54,946 bases of DNA, taken from the NCBI GenBank assembly GCA_000388065.2, contig KB932212.1; one strand, written 5' to 3'. Each line of letters opens with the position of its first letter. Position 1 is the stretch's first letter. This DNA comes from Fonticula alba ATCC 38817. Lineage: Eukaryota > Protista > Nucleariida. The notes below the pieces were generated by a model. That model saw nothing but the letters and a program-made list of their open reading frames with translations. It was not told where the DNA came from and did not search any database. Below are positions 1 through 11,152 of the stretch, one piece after another. The position numbers and the translations under genes were made by a program.

Positions 1-27
1 CCCACCCCACCCCCCACCCACCGGCAG

Positions 28-3000
28 ATCTCCCGTCGGCTCCTTGCAACATCCAGGTCCTCGCACATCTCGCACTCCTTCCCGTCGGCCGAGGTCATGA
101 GCACATCGGACTTCGCGTCCAGGATCCCCTCCGAGGATGATGTGAAGTGCGTTCTTCTCCCCCCACCGCCACCCCCCCCCACCCCCCTGCCAGATTGCCC
201 CGAGCGCCGGAACTCACCTCCACCCCTCCCCCCCCCTCGGCCGAAACCGCCAGCCTGTACAGCTCATACGGCGGCTCGGCCTCGGACGTCAACCGCTCGC
301 CCGGGCTCTCGTCCTCTCCCCCCCCGGACTTCCACCGACTGTCGCGCCAGTGCAGCGAGAGCAGCTACCAGGATAGCAATGCCTCCCCCTACCAGCGCCC
401 CCACCCCGGGGCCCATGCACACCATGCCGGGCCCAATCCCCTGGAGGTGGAGTTCCCGGCGGACATCCTGGCCGAGCATCTGTCCCGTGTGGCGGATGAA
501 ACCCGCCGCCGGGCCGCCGACGACCTGTCGCGCAACCTCCGCCCCCGGAGCATGCTCCTGCCCCTGCAGCTGGCCAATCCCTCGCTGCCGGCCGGGCACT
601 GGACACGCCGGGCCTCGCACGCTGGGCTCCTGTCGGCCACGGCCGGGCCCGGGTCCTCCGGGTCTCCCGCGCCCGGGGGCCCTGGTGTCTTGTCCTTCGG
701 CGGCGGGGGGTCCCCTCGCGGTGGCCCGGGCCGGGCTGGCCGGGCCCGGTCCGGGTCCCTCGGCTCCATCGAGCTCTTGACCACGGCCGCCTCGGCGCGG
801 GCCCATGCGGCCGCGGCCGCCGCCGGCCGGGCCTCCACCCCGACGCTGACCCTGCCGCCCGGCTCGCGCGCCCACTACCCCGGTGCGGCTTACGATCCGG
901 TGGTCGGCATCGGCTCCATCTCGGCCGGGTCTTCCAGCAGCTCGCTCTCCCGGTCGCCGCATTCCCCCATGCCGGCCCTGGCTCCCATCAGCATGCTGTC
1001 CCTCAGCCAGGAGGGGGGCGACGGCGTGTCCCCCATCTCGGCCTACCCCTCGGCATCGGACTCCGGCGCGCCCGGCCCCGACCCCTCGACCGTCGAGCAG
1101 CACGGCGGCCTGCCCCTGGCCCGGCGCTCCGGGCCGCCTCCCCGGTCTCCCATGGCCACCGTCGACAACCAGCCCCCGTCGGAGGATTTCGACAGCGGCA
1201 CCGAGAGCGACGAAAGCACCTACATGATGCTGGCCCCGCCTGCCGAGGTGCCGCCCGCGCTGCCGGCCGTGGCCGTGTCACCGGCCCCGGCCCTGGCCGC
1301 CCGGCGGATATCCTTCCAGGCGGCGCCGCAGCTCCACCTCCGCGGCCCCTCGGCCACCGGGACCGGCTCCGGTGCTGGCCTGCACGAGGGCATGGCCGGT
1401 CTGCCAGGCAGCGGGACCATCGGGCCCGGGTCTGCCGGCCCCACTGCTCCGGGCATTGCCCCGCTCAGCCTCGATCACCTGTCGGCCGACTTGTCGGACA
1501 CATCGCTGGCCTCCTCGCGCGCCAGCTCCAGCATCTCCTCCCCGGGCATCCTCCCCTCGCAGGGGGCTCTCAGCGAATTCCACAACTCCTTCCCCGCCTT
1601 CGACGCGTCGCCGGTCGTCGCGCACGAGACTCTCCACCCGATCTGCCTGAATTCGCCCTCCTGCACCGGGCCCGATGGCATCCCCCGGGCCCCGCTGCTG
1701 TATGTGTCCGATGCCAAGCTCCCCGCGCGGGACATCGTCCTCATGGCGCTCTCGCGGCTGAACAATCCCCCGGAGCTGGTGGCCTATCCGGATGAGGAGG
1801 ATGTGCAATTTTTCCTGCGCGGCGCCGGGGCCGGGACCGGGGCCGGGGCCGATGCCAGCCTCCTCGAGCCGCCCACCACCCCTTCCTACCCCCTGCGGTC
1901 GTCCACCAGCAACAATGAGTTCTCCACTCCGGATGCCTCCTTGACGGACCTCTCCCCGGGGTCGGGGGCGGCTCTGGCCGGTGCCGGTGCTGGTGCCGGT
2001 GCCGGTGCCGGTGCCGGTGCCAGTGTCGGGCTCGGACCCAGCGATCCTCAGGCCGCCGGCCGGGCCCTCGCTGTGGGTGCCCTCAATTACACCCCCTCTG
2101 GCGTGCACATTCGCGAGCGCCTGCGCACTGGTGGGCTCGGTCGCCCACTCCTCCCCTTCGAAACGCTGCAGGACTACTCCCCGACCGAGGTCGGCCCAAC
2201 TCCTCGGACCGGGGCCGGAGCTGTCACCGGTGCCGGCTCAGCAGGCCCCGGCTCCGGTGAGATCGACTACATCGTGGCCGACGCCGCGTGTCGTATTCTC
2301 TTCGTCATCAAGCGTGTGCGTCTCCCCCTCTCTGTGTGTCTGTGTGTGTCTGTGTGTGTCTGTGTGTGTCTGTGTGTGTCTGTGTGTGTCTGTGTGTGTC
2401 TCTCTCCCCCCCCCCCCCCCCTCGCCCCGACGCCTGATTGACCCTCCTCCCTCCACTCTAAAAGCTCAACCCCTACTTGAACGACAGCTTCACCGGCCTG
2501 GCGGTCACCAGCCAGCTGACGTCCGACATCCGCGCCGGCAAGATGCTCCCCTCCGGCAAGGCAGCCATGCTCAAGAGCACCAGCCGGCTGCTCTTCCACG
2601 CGTCCACCACCATCGAATCCTATCGGGAGGTCCTTTTCGACACCCTGCACTCGATGGAGACATTGCTGGCCACGGTCCGCCAGCGGCCCATGGGCCGCGA
2701 CGAGGCGGCTCTCAACTACTACAAGAGCATGCATGACTTCCTCCTGCGCAACATCGAGGCCACCACCCGCAGTGCCAGTGCCAAATACGCGAGCATCATG
2801 TCTCACGAAGTGGTGCGCTGCTCGTCTGCCCTGCTCGTCTGCCCTGCTCGTCTCCCCTGCTTGGCCCTTCTCTGCCCTCGGCCCCTCCCTTCCCTTCTCT
2901 ATGCTGACAAGTCCCCCCCCCCACACCCCCCCACACCCCCCCGGCTCCCCGCCACCACGCAGGAGGTCCCACTGATCGCCGAGCTTGGAGGCTATTGTGT

Positions 3001-6000
3001 GGAGGCGCCGCAGCTCGGCGCCCCGGCGGCCCTGCCCCCCCACTACACCTTCCTCCTATGTCACCGGTGCGAGGGGTCGCAATATGTACCTGCCAGCCAG
3101 CTCCACCCCCGCGCCGGGACGGACTTCCCCCTGCTGCCCAATGCCCCTGGCTCGACAACGGTCACACACCCGGCCAACTCGGCGGCCGGGGCCGGGGCCC
3201 AGGCGCGTCGGGCCTCCTCCAGCCCCGGCTGGCGGCAGGTTCTCCGCCGGGCTTCCGGCGCCGAGGATCCGCCCGGCGGCTGGGGCGCCAGTCCCACCAG
3301 CGGCGGGGCCTCCACACCGGACATGGAGCTCCCGTCCGAGTCCGACAGCGAGGGCGATGCCCTGCCCCTCGGGGCCGGGGCCTCCGCCGGCCGGCCCCTG
3401 TCGCCCTCGGACCAGCCGGAGTTCGCCTCCTGCCCCAGCTGCCTGGGGTCCGGCTGCCGGGCGGCCCCGCTGATCGACGACGACGAGCCGGTCATGCACC
3501 ATCTGAACAATGGGTTCCTCTTCCGCGAGTACTTCTGGTACCCGCTCCGGCGGCCGACCGGCGGCGCTCCCGGGGCCTGCCACGATTCGCTGCTGTCGGC
3601 TGATGCCTCCTCGCTGGCCGGCCCCGGGGCCGGGGGCGGCATGTTCAACTTCCTCGGGATCGACTCGCGCTTCGGGCCTCTCTGTGTGTCGGCCATCCGC
3701 GAGCAGGGGGATCACGCGGTTTCCGGGGCCACTTCCTCCGGCACCGGGGGCGTTGCCTCCGGGACCGGTGGCGATCGCCTGCGCGTGCTCATCTGGACCA
3801 GCGACGGGTGCTTCGTGCGCTTCATGCCGCTCACCTCGCTCACCCACCTGCGCGGGGATGTCCTGGCGGAAATCCTCTCCAAGCGCTACTCCACCGACAA
3901 CTGCCTCACGTGGATCCCGGATGTCGGAGCCGGCGGCGCCGCGGCGCTCCGTGCCCAGGGCCTGGCCGGGGGCGCCGGCCCGGGCGGCCTCACGTCCATG
4001 CTCTCGCGTCGGACCCCGGGGCTCGGGTCTGGCGGGTCGTCCACCGCCTCCTCCGGTGCTGCCAGTGCCTCCGGTTCCGGAAGCGGCAAAGGGGCCCATA
4101 CCCCGAGCTCCGGGCCTGGCGGTCATCGGGTTCCGGCCATCTCCCTCAGCGAAGCCCTCCTGCAGTTGGAGCACAAGCAGAGTGAGGTCCGGTACAAGTT
4201 CGGCGTGCTCTACGTTCGCGACGGCCAGGTCCGCGAGGAGGAAATGTTCGGCAACAGTGCGTCCTCTCCCGGCCCGCCTCCTGCCGGTCATCGTGTGCCG
4301 GTCATCGTGTGCCGGTCATCGTGTGCCGGTCATCGTGTGCCGGTCATCGTGTGCCGGCTTCTGCCCGCGACTGTCCCCCCCCCCCCCTCCCTTCCTATGT
4401 ACTGACCACCGGGCCCTGCCTTTCCAGCCCAATCCAGCCAAGACTTCGAGGACTTCCTCGGCCTGCTGGGCGACCGCATCGAGCTCAAGGGCTGGTCGCA
4501 CTACAATGCCGGCCTGGATGTCGAGTGTGCGTGTTATTCCTCCGGCTCCCGCCGCGTCACCCCCCCCCCCCCCCCCCCCCCCCCCNNNNNNNNNNNNNNN
4601 NNNNNNNNNNNNNNNNNNNNNNNNNNNNNNNNNNNNNNNNNNNNNNNNNNNNNNNNNNNNNNNNNNNNNNNNNNNNNNNNNNNNNNNNNNNNNNNNNNNN
4701 NNNNNNNNNNNNNNNNNNNNNNNNNNNNNNNNNNNNNNNNNNNNNNNNNNNNNNNNNNNNNNNNNNNNNNNNNNNNNNNNNNNNNNNNNNNNNNNNNNNN
4801 NNNNNNNNNNNNNNNNNNNNNNNNNNNNNNNNNNNNNNNNNNNNNNNNNNNNNNNNNNNNNNNNNNNNNNNNNNNNNNNNNNNNNNNNNNNNNNNNNNNN
4901 NNNNNNNNNNNNNNNNNNNNNNNNNNNNNNNNNNNNNNNNNNNNNNNNNNNNNNNNNNNNNNNNNNNNNNNNNNNNNNNNNNNNNNNNNNNNNNNNNNNN
5001 NNNNNNNNNNNNNNNNNNNNNNNNNNNNNNNNNNNNNNNNNNNNNNNNNNNNNNNNNNNNNNNNNNNNNNNNNNNNNNNNNNNNNNNNNNNNNNNNNNNN
5101 NNNNNNNNNNNNNNNNNNNNNNNNNNNNNNNNNNNNNNNNNNNNNNNNNNNNNNNNNNNNNNNNNNNNNNNNNNNNNNNNNNNNNNNNNNNNNNNNNNNN
5201 NNNNNNNNNNNNNNNNNNNNNNNNNNNNNNNNNNNNNNNNNNNNNNNNNNNNNNNNNNNNNNNNNNNNNNNNNNNNNNNNNNNNNNNNNNNNNNNNNNNN
5301 NNNNNNNNNNNNNNNNNNNNNNNNNNNNNNNNNNNNNNNNNNNNNNNNNNNNNNNNNNNNNNNNNNNNNNNNNNNNNNNNNNNNNNNNNNNNNNNNNNNN
5401 NNNNNNNNNNNNNNNNNNNNNNNNNNNNNNNNNNNNNNNCCTCCCTCGGCCACTCACCCTCTTCTCCCTCCTGCCCTGCTTCTCAGTCGTCAACCAGCAG
5501 AACGCCGCCTACCGGGCTCCTTCCTTCCGGGAGAAGTTCAAGAAGAGCCGCTCCTTCCATCTGGAGCGCCTGGTCGAGGACTACCTGCCCGAGGCCTCGC
5601 TCCCCTCTTCATATTCTTCCACGTCGCTCTACTCGACCACCTCGTCTGCATCGGGCTCTTTGCCGGACAAGTCGCCTGGCAGCCCGTCCGGTACGCGCCG
5701 CGCTGCAGTCCCTTTGTGCGCCGCCGCGGCCCGCCTCCTTCTAACCAACGGTTTTTGGCTCTTTGTCGTTGCCTGCCGGCCCCGGCCCTGGTTCCCCTTG
5801 CACACCCAGGCTTTCCGCGGTCAGTCTCCTCGAAGTTCCTCAACTTCGCTCGGCGCCCAAAGCGTCAGGCCTCCACCGGATCGCTGTCCGTCTCGTCATC
5901 CTCGTCATCCATTTCCCTCAACACCGACATGCGATCAGCCTCCTTCTCCGGCTCGAGCGGTCCCGGCCCGGCGGGTGGCCACCATAGCACCGGGTCTCTT

Positions 6001-6012
6001 CCGCACACCTGA
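28..6012 (+). CDS. Rap/Ran-GAP (Rap1GAP-family) domain protein, spliced; 5' end lies upstream of the window; part of the catalytic domain is hidden in the N-gap
   Basis: Hand-spliced exons 28-146, 194-2315, 2465-2812, 2963-4256, 4428-4526, [gap 4586-5439], 5487-5690, 5810-6012 (TGA), all GT-AG and in frame where visible. Rap1GAP-family motifs: IAELGGYCVE; FNFLGIDSRFGPLCVS; RLRVLIWT; YKFGVLYVRDGQVREEEMFGN-TQSSQDFEDFLGLLGDRIELKGWSHYNAGLDV; VNQQNAAYRAPSFREKFKKSRSFHLERL. Confidence 0.9.
2333..2400 (+). repeat. (TGTGTGTC)n intronic microsatellite
   Basis: Tandem 8-mer seen directly in RapGAP intron 2316-2464. Confidence 0.9.
4283..4357 (+). repeat. 14-bp minisatellite (GCCGGTCATCGTGT) x5 in a RapGAP intron
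   Basis: Five perfect copies 4283-4352 plus GCCGG, inside intron 4257-4427. Confidence 0.95.
4586..5439. other. Assembly gap (Ns). Other gaps: 14901-14949, 16020-16495, 22914-23002, 36451-36537, 41335-41604, 43377-43587, 47240-47290, 49778-49850
   Basis: N runs seen directly; most abut poly-C/poly-G or (GT)n tracts. Confidence 0.99.
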
Positions 6013-6137
6013 GCTCCCTTCGCCCTTGTCCATGCTGGGAGGTGCCTCCCTCTTCTCCTCTTGCACCCCCTTCCTCCTCTCTTTCCCCTCTTTTACACAT
6101 ATAGATCACGATTTTCGTTGCTTTCCGGCCTCCTGGC

Positions 6138-6407
6138 TGTGTATGTGTGTATGTGTGTATGTGTGTATGTGTGTATGTGTGTATGTGTGTATGTGTGTAT
6201 GGATGTATATGGATGCATATGTGCATGTATATGGATGTATGTGTGTATGGATGTATATGTGCATGTATATGTATATGTGCGTGTATATGTATGTGTGTAT
6301 GTGTACGTGCATCTATGTATACATGCGCATGCATCTATGTGTACATGCGCACGCATCTATGTGTACATGCGCACGCCTCTATGTGTACATGCGCGTGCAT
6401 CTATGTG
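6138..6407. repeat. Alternating purine-pyrimidine satellite: (GTAT/GTGT)n followed by a 22-bp unit GCATCTATGTGTACATGCGCAC x~4.5
   Basis: GTGTATGTGT-type repeats ~6138-6305; 22-mer copies start at 6309, 6331, 6353, 6375, 6397 (partial). Lies between the 3' ends of the convergent RapGAP and mS35 genes. Confidence 0.9.
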
Positions 6408-6838
6408 CAGGTGGGTATGGCGGACACAAAGCGCCACACAACGGCGGAGGAACAAGTGGGCGGGCCACCGGCACAAATGGCGGTCACGGCGCTGGCGGCA
6501 GTCCACCCATCGATGCACACCCCCTGCCCATGTGGCGGGAAGGTCGGAAAGCACCGGGAAGGAGGGCCTTTACGGCGCGCCCCCCTCCGGCGACAGCCCT
6601 CTTTCGCACCCAGACCGCACCGCAAGGCAGTAGCCCCCGCTCGACTGCCATTTGCAAAAAAGAAGCGACAAGAGCCACGAGCAAAGCCCCCCCCCCCCGC
6701 CCGCCCCCCGCCCCAGCCAACAAACAATCGCACGCATCGGGTGGAAATCTAGTTTTGTATAAAGAAGGAAGAAAGGAGGGAAGCGGGGAGAGGAGGGGAA
6801 CAAGAGAGCCGGGAGGAGGGGCGAGAGCCCCAGGGCAC

Positions 6839-6894
<56 letters not shown>

Positions 6895-6940
6895 CCCCCC
6901 CGCTCGTGCAAGCACAGACGGACACGCACACACCGGCGCT

Positions 6941-9739
6941 CTAAGAGCGACGGGTGAAGTGCGAAGAGAACACCGAGCTGGGAGCCTGCGGCAGGGTGCC
7001 GCCACTCTTCGGGGTGCTGGGGGACTCCTCCTTGGAGCTGCGGGCAGCCGACTTGCGGGCCTTGGCGCGGGAGCGCTGCTGCGCGGCCACCGTCTCGGAC
7101 GGGGCCTCGTCGTTGTGGAAGTCGCCCGGCCAGCCACTGGCCCGAAGCTCCGTCATCCGGGCATACAGAGCATCGTACACCGGGTCGGTGTGGCGCAGAT
7201 CCGGGCCCATGCCCATGTTCCGGAGATAGGCATCGCGGATGCCGGCGGCGCCGGTGGCCAGCGGGCTGAACGGCACCACCGGGAAGCCCAGCGGGTCGCG
7301 CACCACCATCGTATCCTGCTTCATGGCCTCGAAGCGGGACTGCTCGTAGGTGAACTTCAGCGACCCGAGCAGCATCGAATCGTCGTACAGCTGCTGCAGC
7401 AGGGTCAGCACCTCGTCGGTGTTGGCGTCCGTCTGACGCTCATAGCCCACCAGATGCACGGCCCAGTCGGGCAGGATCAGCTGCACCATGTGCGCCGGGA
7501 TGGTACGCGGGATCTTGTCATAGAACCCATGGACATAGGCACGGAGCTCCTCCGTCCCCTCCATGCCCTTGGGCAGGGACAGATGGAACAGGGCATTCAG
7601 CAGCCGGGCCGCATACTCCAGGCTCTTCGGGGTCTTCTCGTGGTTGGGGAACCGCTGGGCAAAGGCCACCAGCTTGGCCAGCTGGGCCTCGGCCTCCTCG
7701 CGGTCGGCCTCGCTCATGTCCAGCGTGTCGGCCACAACACGGGCATCCTCCGGCCGGACGAGGTCCGTCAGCATGGACATGCGCAGGTCCACCAGATACT
7801 GCAGGTGGTTGATCTTGGCACGCAGCTCCGCCAGCTGGTCCTGGTCCGTGCCGGCCGACCCGTCCTCGGCCACCTCCTCCGGGCGCAGGAAGCGCAACGG
7901 GTCGGTGTCATGGTCGCGCTCCATCTCCGGATCGTGCAGGTCGGTGACCGGCTGCGCGGCAAACGGATCCATGGCCTTGTGCCGGCGAATTTGAGTCACA
8001 GGCAGATGGGTCTCCCGGGCAAGCGGGTGCTCCAGGGCCTCCGCATCGAAGGTCCCACTGACCCCGGGAATGGACAGGTCCTCCTCCAGCGTGGCGACCG
8101 GGTTCTGCCCGGCCTTGATGCCGCCCAGGCCGGCCAGCATGTAGTGCGACCGGTCCACCGGCTGCAGCGTCGACGCCATGGGGGCCGGGCCGCCGGCCAG
8201 CTCCTCGGCCTGGCGAATGTCCGCCGCCAGGTCGGTGAAGACGTCCGACACGTGGCGCAGGCGCGCGGCCCGGGTGTCGGGGGCCACCTCCTTCATGCGG
8301 GCCTGGAGCTGCGTGCGCGAGGCGTGGTGCTTCAGGTAAGCGTCCTTGCGCTGCTGCTGCTTCAGGGCACGGGCGTGCTTCTTCGACAGGACGGGCAGCT
8401 CGAGGTGGGTGAATTCGGCGGGGAAGTTCTGTGACCGAGGGGGGGGGGGAGGAAAGAAGGCAAAGGAGAGGAAGGAGGACAAAGAAGAGCAAAGAAGAAG
8501 GAGGGCAAAGGAGGGCAAAGGAGAGGAAGAGAGGAAGAGAGGACATTAGACAGGAGCTCAACACAGCAAATGGGCAGCAAATAGAAGAAACAGCATGCGC
8601 GCGCATACCAGGGACTCCTTCACCAGGCGATGAAGCATGGAGTAGCACCGGGCACGGTTCTCGTCGAAGGTGGCCGACCGGTCCTCGGACACGGTCAGGA
8701 TGTGCCCGTCGATGCTGACGCGCGACCCGGCCAGGAGCTTCAGCTTGTGCAGGGCCGACTCGTGAAGGTTCAGGCTGGCCAGGCGCACGCGCATGACGCA
8801 GCGCCGAGCCCGGGGGTAGCGCGCCTTCTCGGAGGCATCGAAGTAGGAGGTCCGCTCGACGGTGATGTCCATGTCGCGCGGGGAGTAGTAGTCCTCAACG
8901 AGGCCTGTGCCGGAGAGCGAAGCAGGGCGAGCACACGGGTCAGGGAGCTGGGGCCGGGGCGAAAGGGAAGAAGAAGAGAAAGAACCAAACGAGGCGACTC
9001 GGCTCCCCCCCCCCCCCCCTGCGAGGTCACAGGGAGCACGCACGCTCGAGGATGGGGAAGTCGACGGAGCGGGCCTTGGCCAGGTCGCGCTCGGCCTGAG
9101 TCCACATGGCGTCGTTGTCGACGAAGGTCTCAGCGCCACCGCGGAAAACCATGCGGCGAGTGACCGGGTCGAAGAAGAACATGGTGCGCTTCCAGGACTG
9201 TGGACGTGCGCAAGCGCGGCACCGAGGGACAGGCAGTCGGCAGGGTCAGCAGCGGCCCAGCGCACGAAAAAAGAAGAAGAAAAAGAGCCGCCCCATCCCC
9301 CCACCCGGCCTGGCCGGTGCCCGGGCTGTGCAGGGCAAACGCACCGGGGCGAAGCGATAGTCGCGCGAGAGGTCGATCAGGCCATCGAGGGAGAAGTCAT
9401 TGGCGGTGACATTGTACTCGGGGTAGACCTTGGGGAAGGACTCCGGGTTGATGTAGACGCCGTCGGGGCGCTTGTTCGGGGTGTCCAGACTGTGCGTGCG
9501 TGCGTGTGCGCGTGCGTGCGCACGTACCCATGTACGGGCAGGGGAGAGCGGGGCGGAGAGGGACAGGGTCAGCGGTGTCAATCCAGTGCCAAAGGGCGTG
9601 GCACGGGCCCGGCCCGCAGGAAGGATGGCATCGCCGCGGCCGGCACATACACCTGGGTCTGGCGGGCGGAGACGGTCTTCGCCGCAACCTGCGACGAGTT
9701 CACCACCTTCCGCAGCAGCCGCGAGGAGGAGCGGAGCAT
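6941..9739 (-). CDS. MRPS35: Mitochondrial small-subunit ribosomal protein mS35 (Rsm24/MRPS35 family) with long C-terminal extension, ~723 aa
   Basis: Exons 9739-9651, 9489-9345, 9197-9044, 8904-8609, 8428-6941 total 2172 nt = 724 codons. N-terminus MLRSSSRLLRKVVNSSQVAAK looks like a mitochondrial presequence. Core YPRARRCVMRVRLASLNLHESALHKLKLLAGSR...ILTVSEDRSATFDENRARCYSMLHRLVKES-LNFPAEFTHLELP matches my recollection of the Rsm24/mS35 domain (HPAENKVV...LRLVGPRY...IKMSSDKF..N..YL...L..LL.E). Confidence 0.8.
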
Positions 9740-10900
9740 CTCTGTGCTCGCGAGCAGGGAGCCAGATTATCGGGACCACACGTAAGGGGAGCACAGGTCA
9801 GTTGGACCGGCGCGCCAGCGGCAAAGGCGCCACGCGAGGCTGACAAGGGGGCAAAGGCATGCTCTGGCGCGCACTGTCTCAGAGGGCGGGCGTTGGCGGC
9901 GGGCCCGGGGTCGAACGGGATGCTCGGGGTTCCAGAAAGGCCGGGGGATGGAGGGGAAAGGGAGGGGGGGGGGCGGGGAAGCGAGCGAGGGGAGCGGCCG
10001 GGAACCGGCGGCGGGATGCCAGGGAGGAGAGGGCGGCGGGGTGCGCGAGAGAAGATCGCAAAAGGGCGGGAGAGGGGGGAGGGGGGAGGGAGATCGACGC
10101 GCGCTGGCGGGCCCTCGCCCGGTCCCACGGCATCTAGCGGGGCTTTCAATGCCCGCCGCGCCCAAGGCCGAGTGGCGCGAGAGGGCGTCTTCCCGCCCTC
10201 CTCCCCCCCCCCAGGAAGATCCCCAGCCTAGACATACCGTCGAGGGCCGGGCGAGCGTGGGTGCGTGTCGGGGTGTCTCGCGGAGGCCAGCCCTATCAGC
10301 GGCGGCCGGCATGCCCGCGCACCGGCCTCGCGAGTGCCTCCGTGAACATCCCCCCCCCTCCCTCGGCACCCTGCGCGCCTCGCAAAAGCCCGGCCGGGCA
10401 CCGGCCAAAGCCGGCGCGCAGAGGCCCTCATAATGGCGCAGCCATGTTTCCACACGCACGACTACTGGCCAGGGTCGCGTCCGCACGCCGGGAGGCAGAA
10501 CGAAGGGCACGAGGCTGCTGTACTTTCGCCCCCCCCCCCCCCCCCCCCCCCCCGCCGCCGGCCGGTCGGCCCCGGGGGCACACAGCCTCCCGCATGCAGG
10601 TCGGGAGGAATCATTCCGGAACGCCATTCCCGGATGACGGAGCACATGATGCGCCCACGTTAGCAGAAGTGCCAATGCCCGCCCATCTGCTGCCACCCCT
10701 TGCGTGCTCCGGCGGCGGCCATCTGCCCCGCCCCCGCCCCGGCGCCCCCACCAACAGCTGGCGGGGGCGGCCGCCAGGGAAGGATGGGACGCACACACAC
10801 AGGGGGGGGGGGGCTTGCACGGAGATGTCCCCCGCATGCTTGCCCCCCTCCCGCCTCCACAGGGCGGTGACCCCCCTTTCACGCGCGGCATCTGTCTCTT

Positions 10901-10931
<31 letters not shown>

Positions 10932-11036
10932 CCCCCCTTCCCGCCCTCGCGCCGCCCACTCGACCGGCCTTTTCGGGATCCTCGCCCCCTGGCGGCTGCG
11001 ATCTCAGCATCCCGGGCAGCGCCTCCCTCAGCCCCG

Positions 11037-11075
<39 letters not shown>

Positions 11076-11152
11076 ACCTCTCCGCACCTCCACCCCCCTC
11101 CGCGGCTGTTACACCCCTTCCTTCCTGCCGCTGTCGCTGCCCCGCCGCACGG

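Noticed and set aside
4283-4357. Regular short repeats as a possible CRISPR array (also 48589-48684, 46688-46755, 19926-19973)
   Set aside because: Head-to-tail tandem units with no unique spacers, no cas genes, in a eukaryotic intron/UTR context.
3510-5744. Long ORFs containing X runs (also around 16 kb, 23 kb, 36.5 kb, 41.5 kb, 43.5 kb, 47.2 kb, 49.8 kb)
   Set aside because: They are open only because Ns contain no stop codons.
5660-8434. 924-aa plus-strand ORF
   Set aside because: Concatenates an intron, microsatellite translation (CVCVY) and the antisense shadow of the GC-rich mS35 exon; no independent protein signal.
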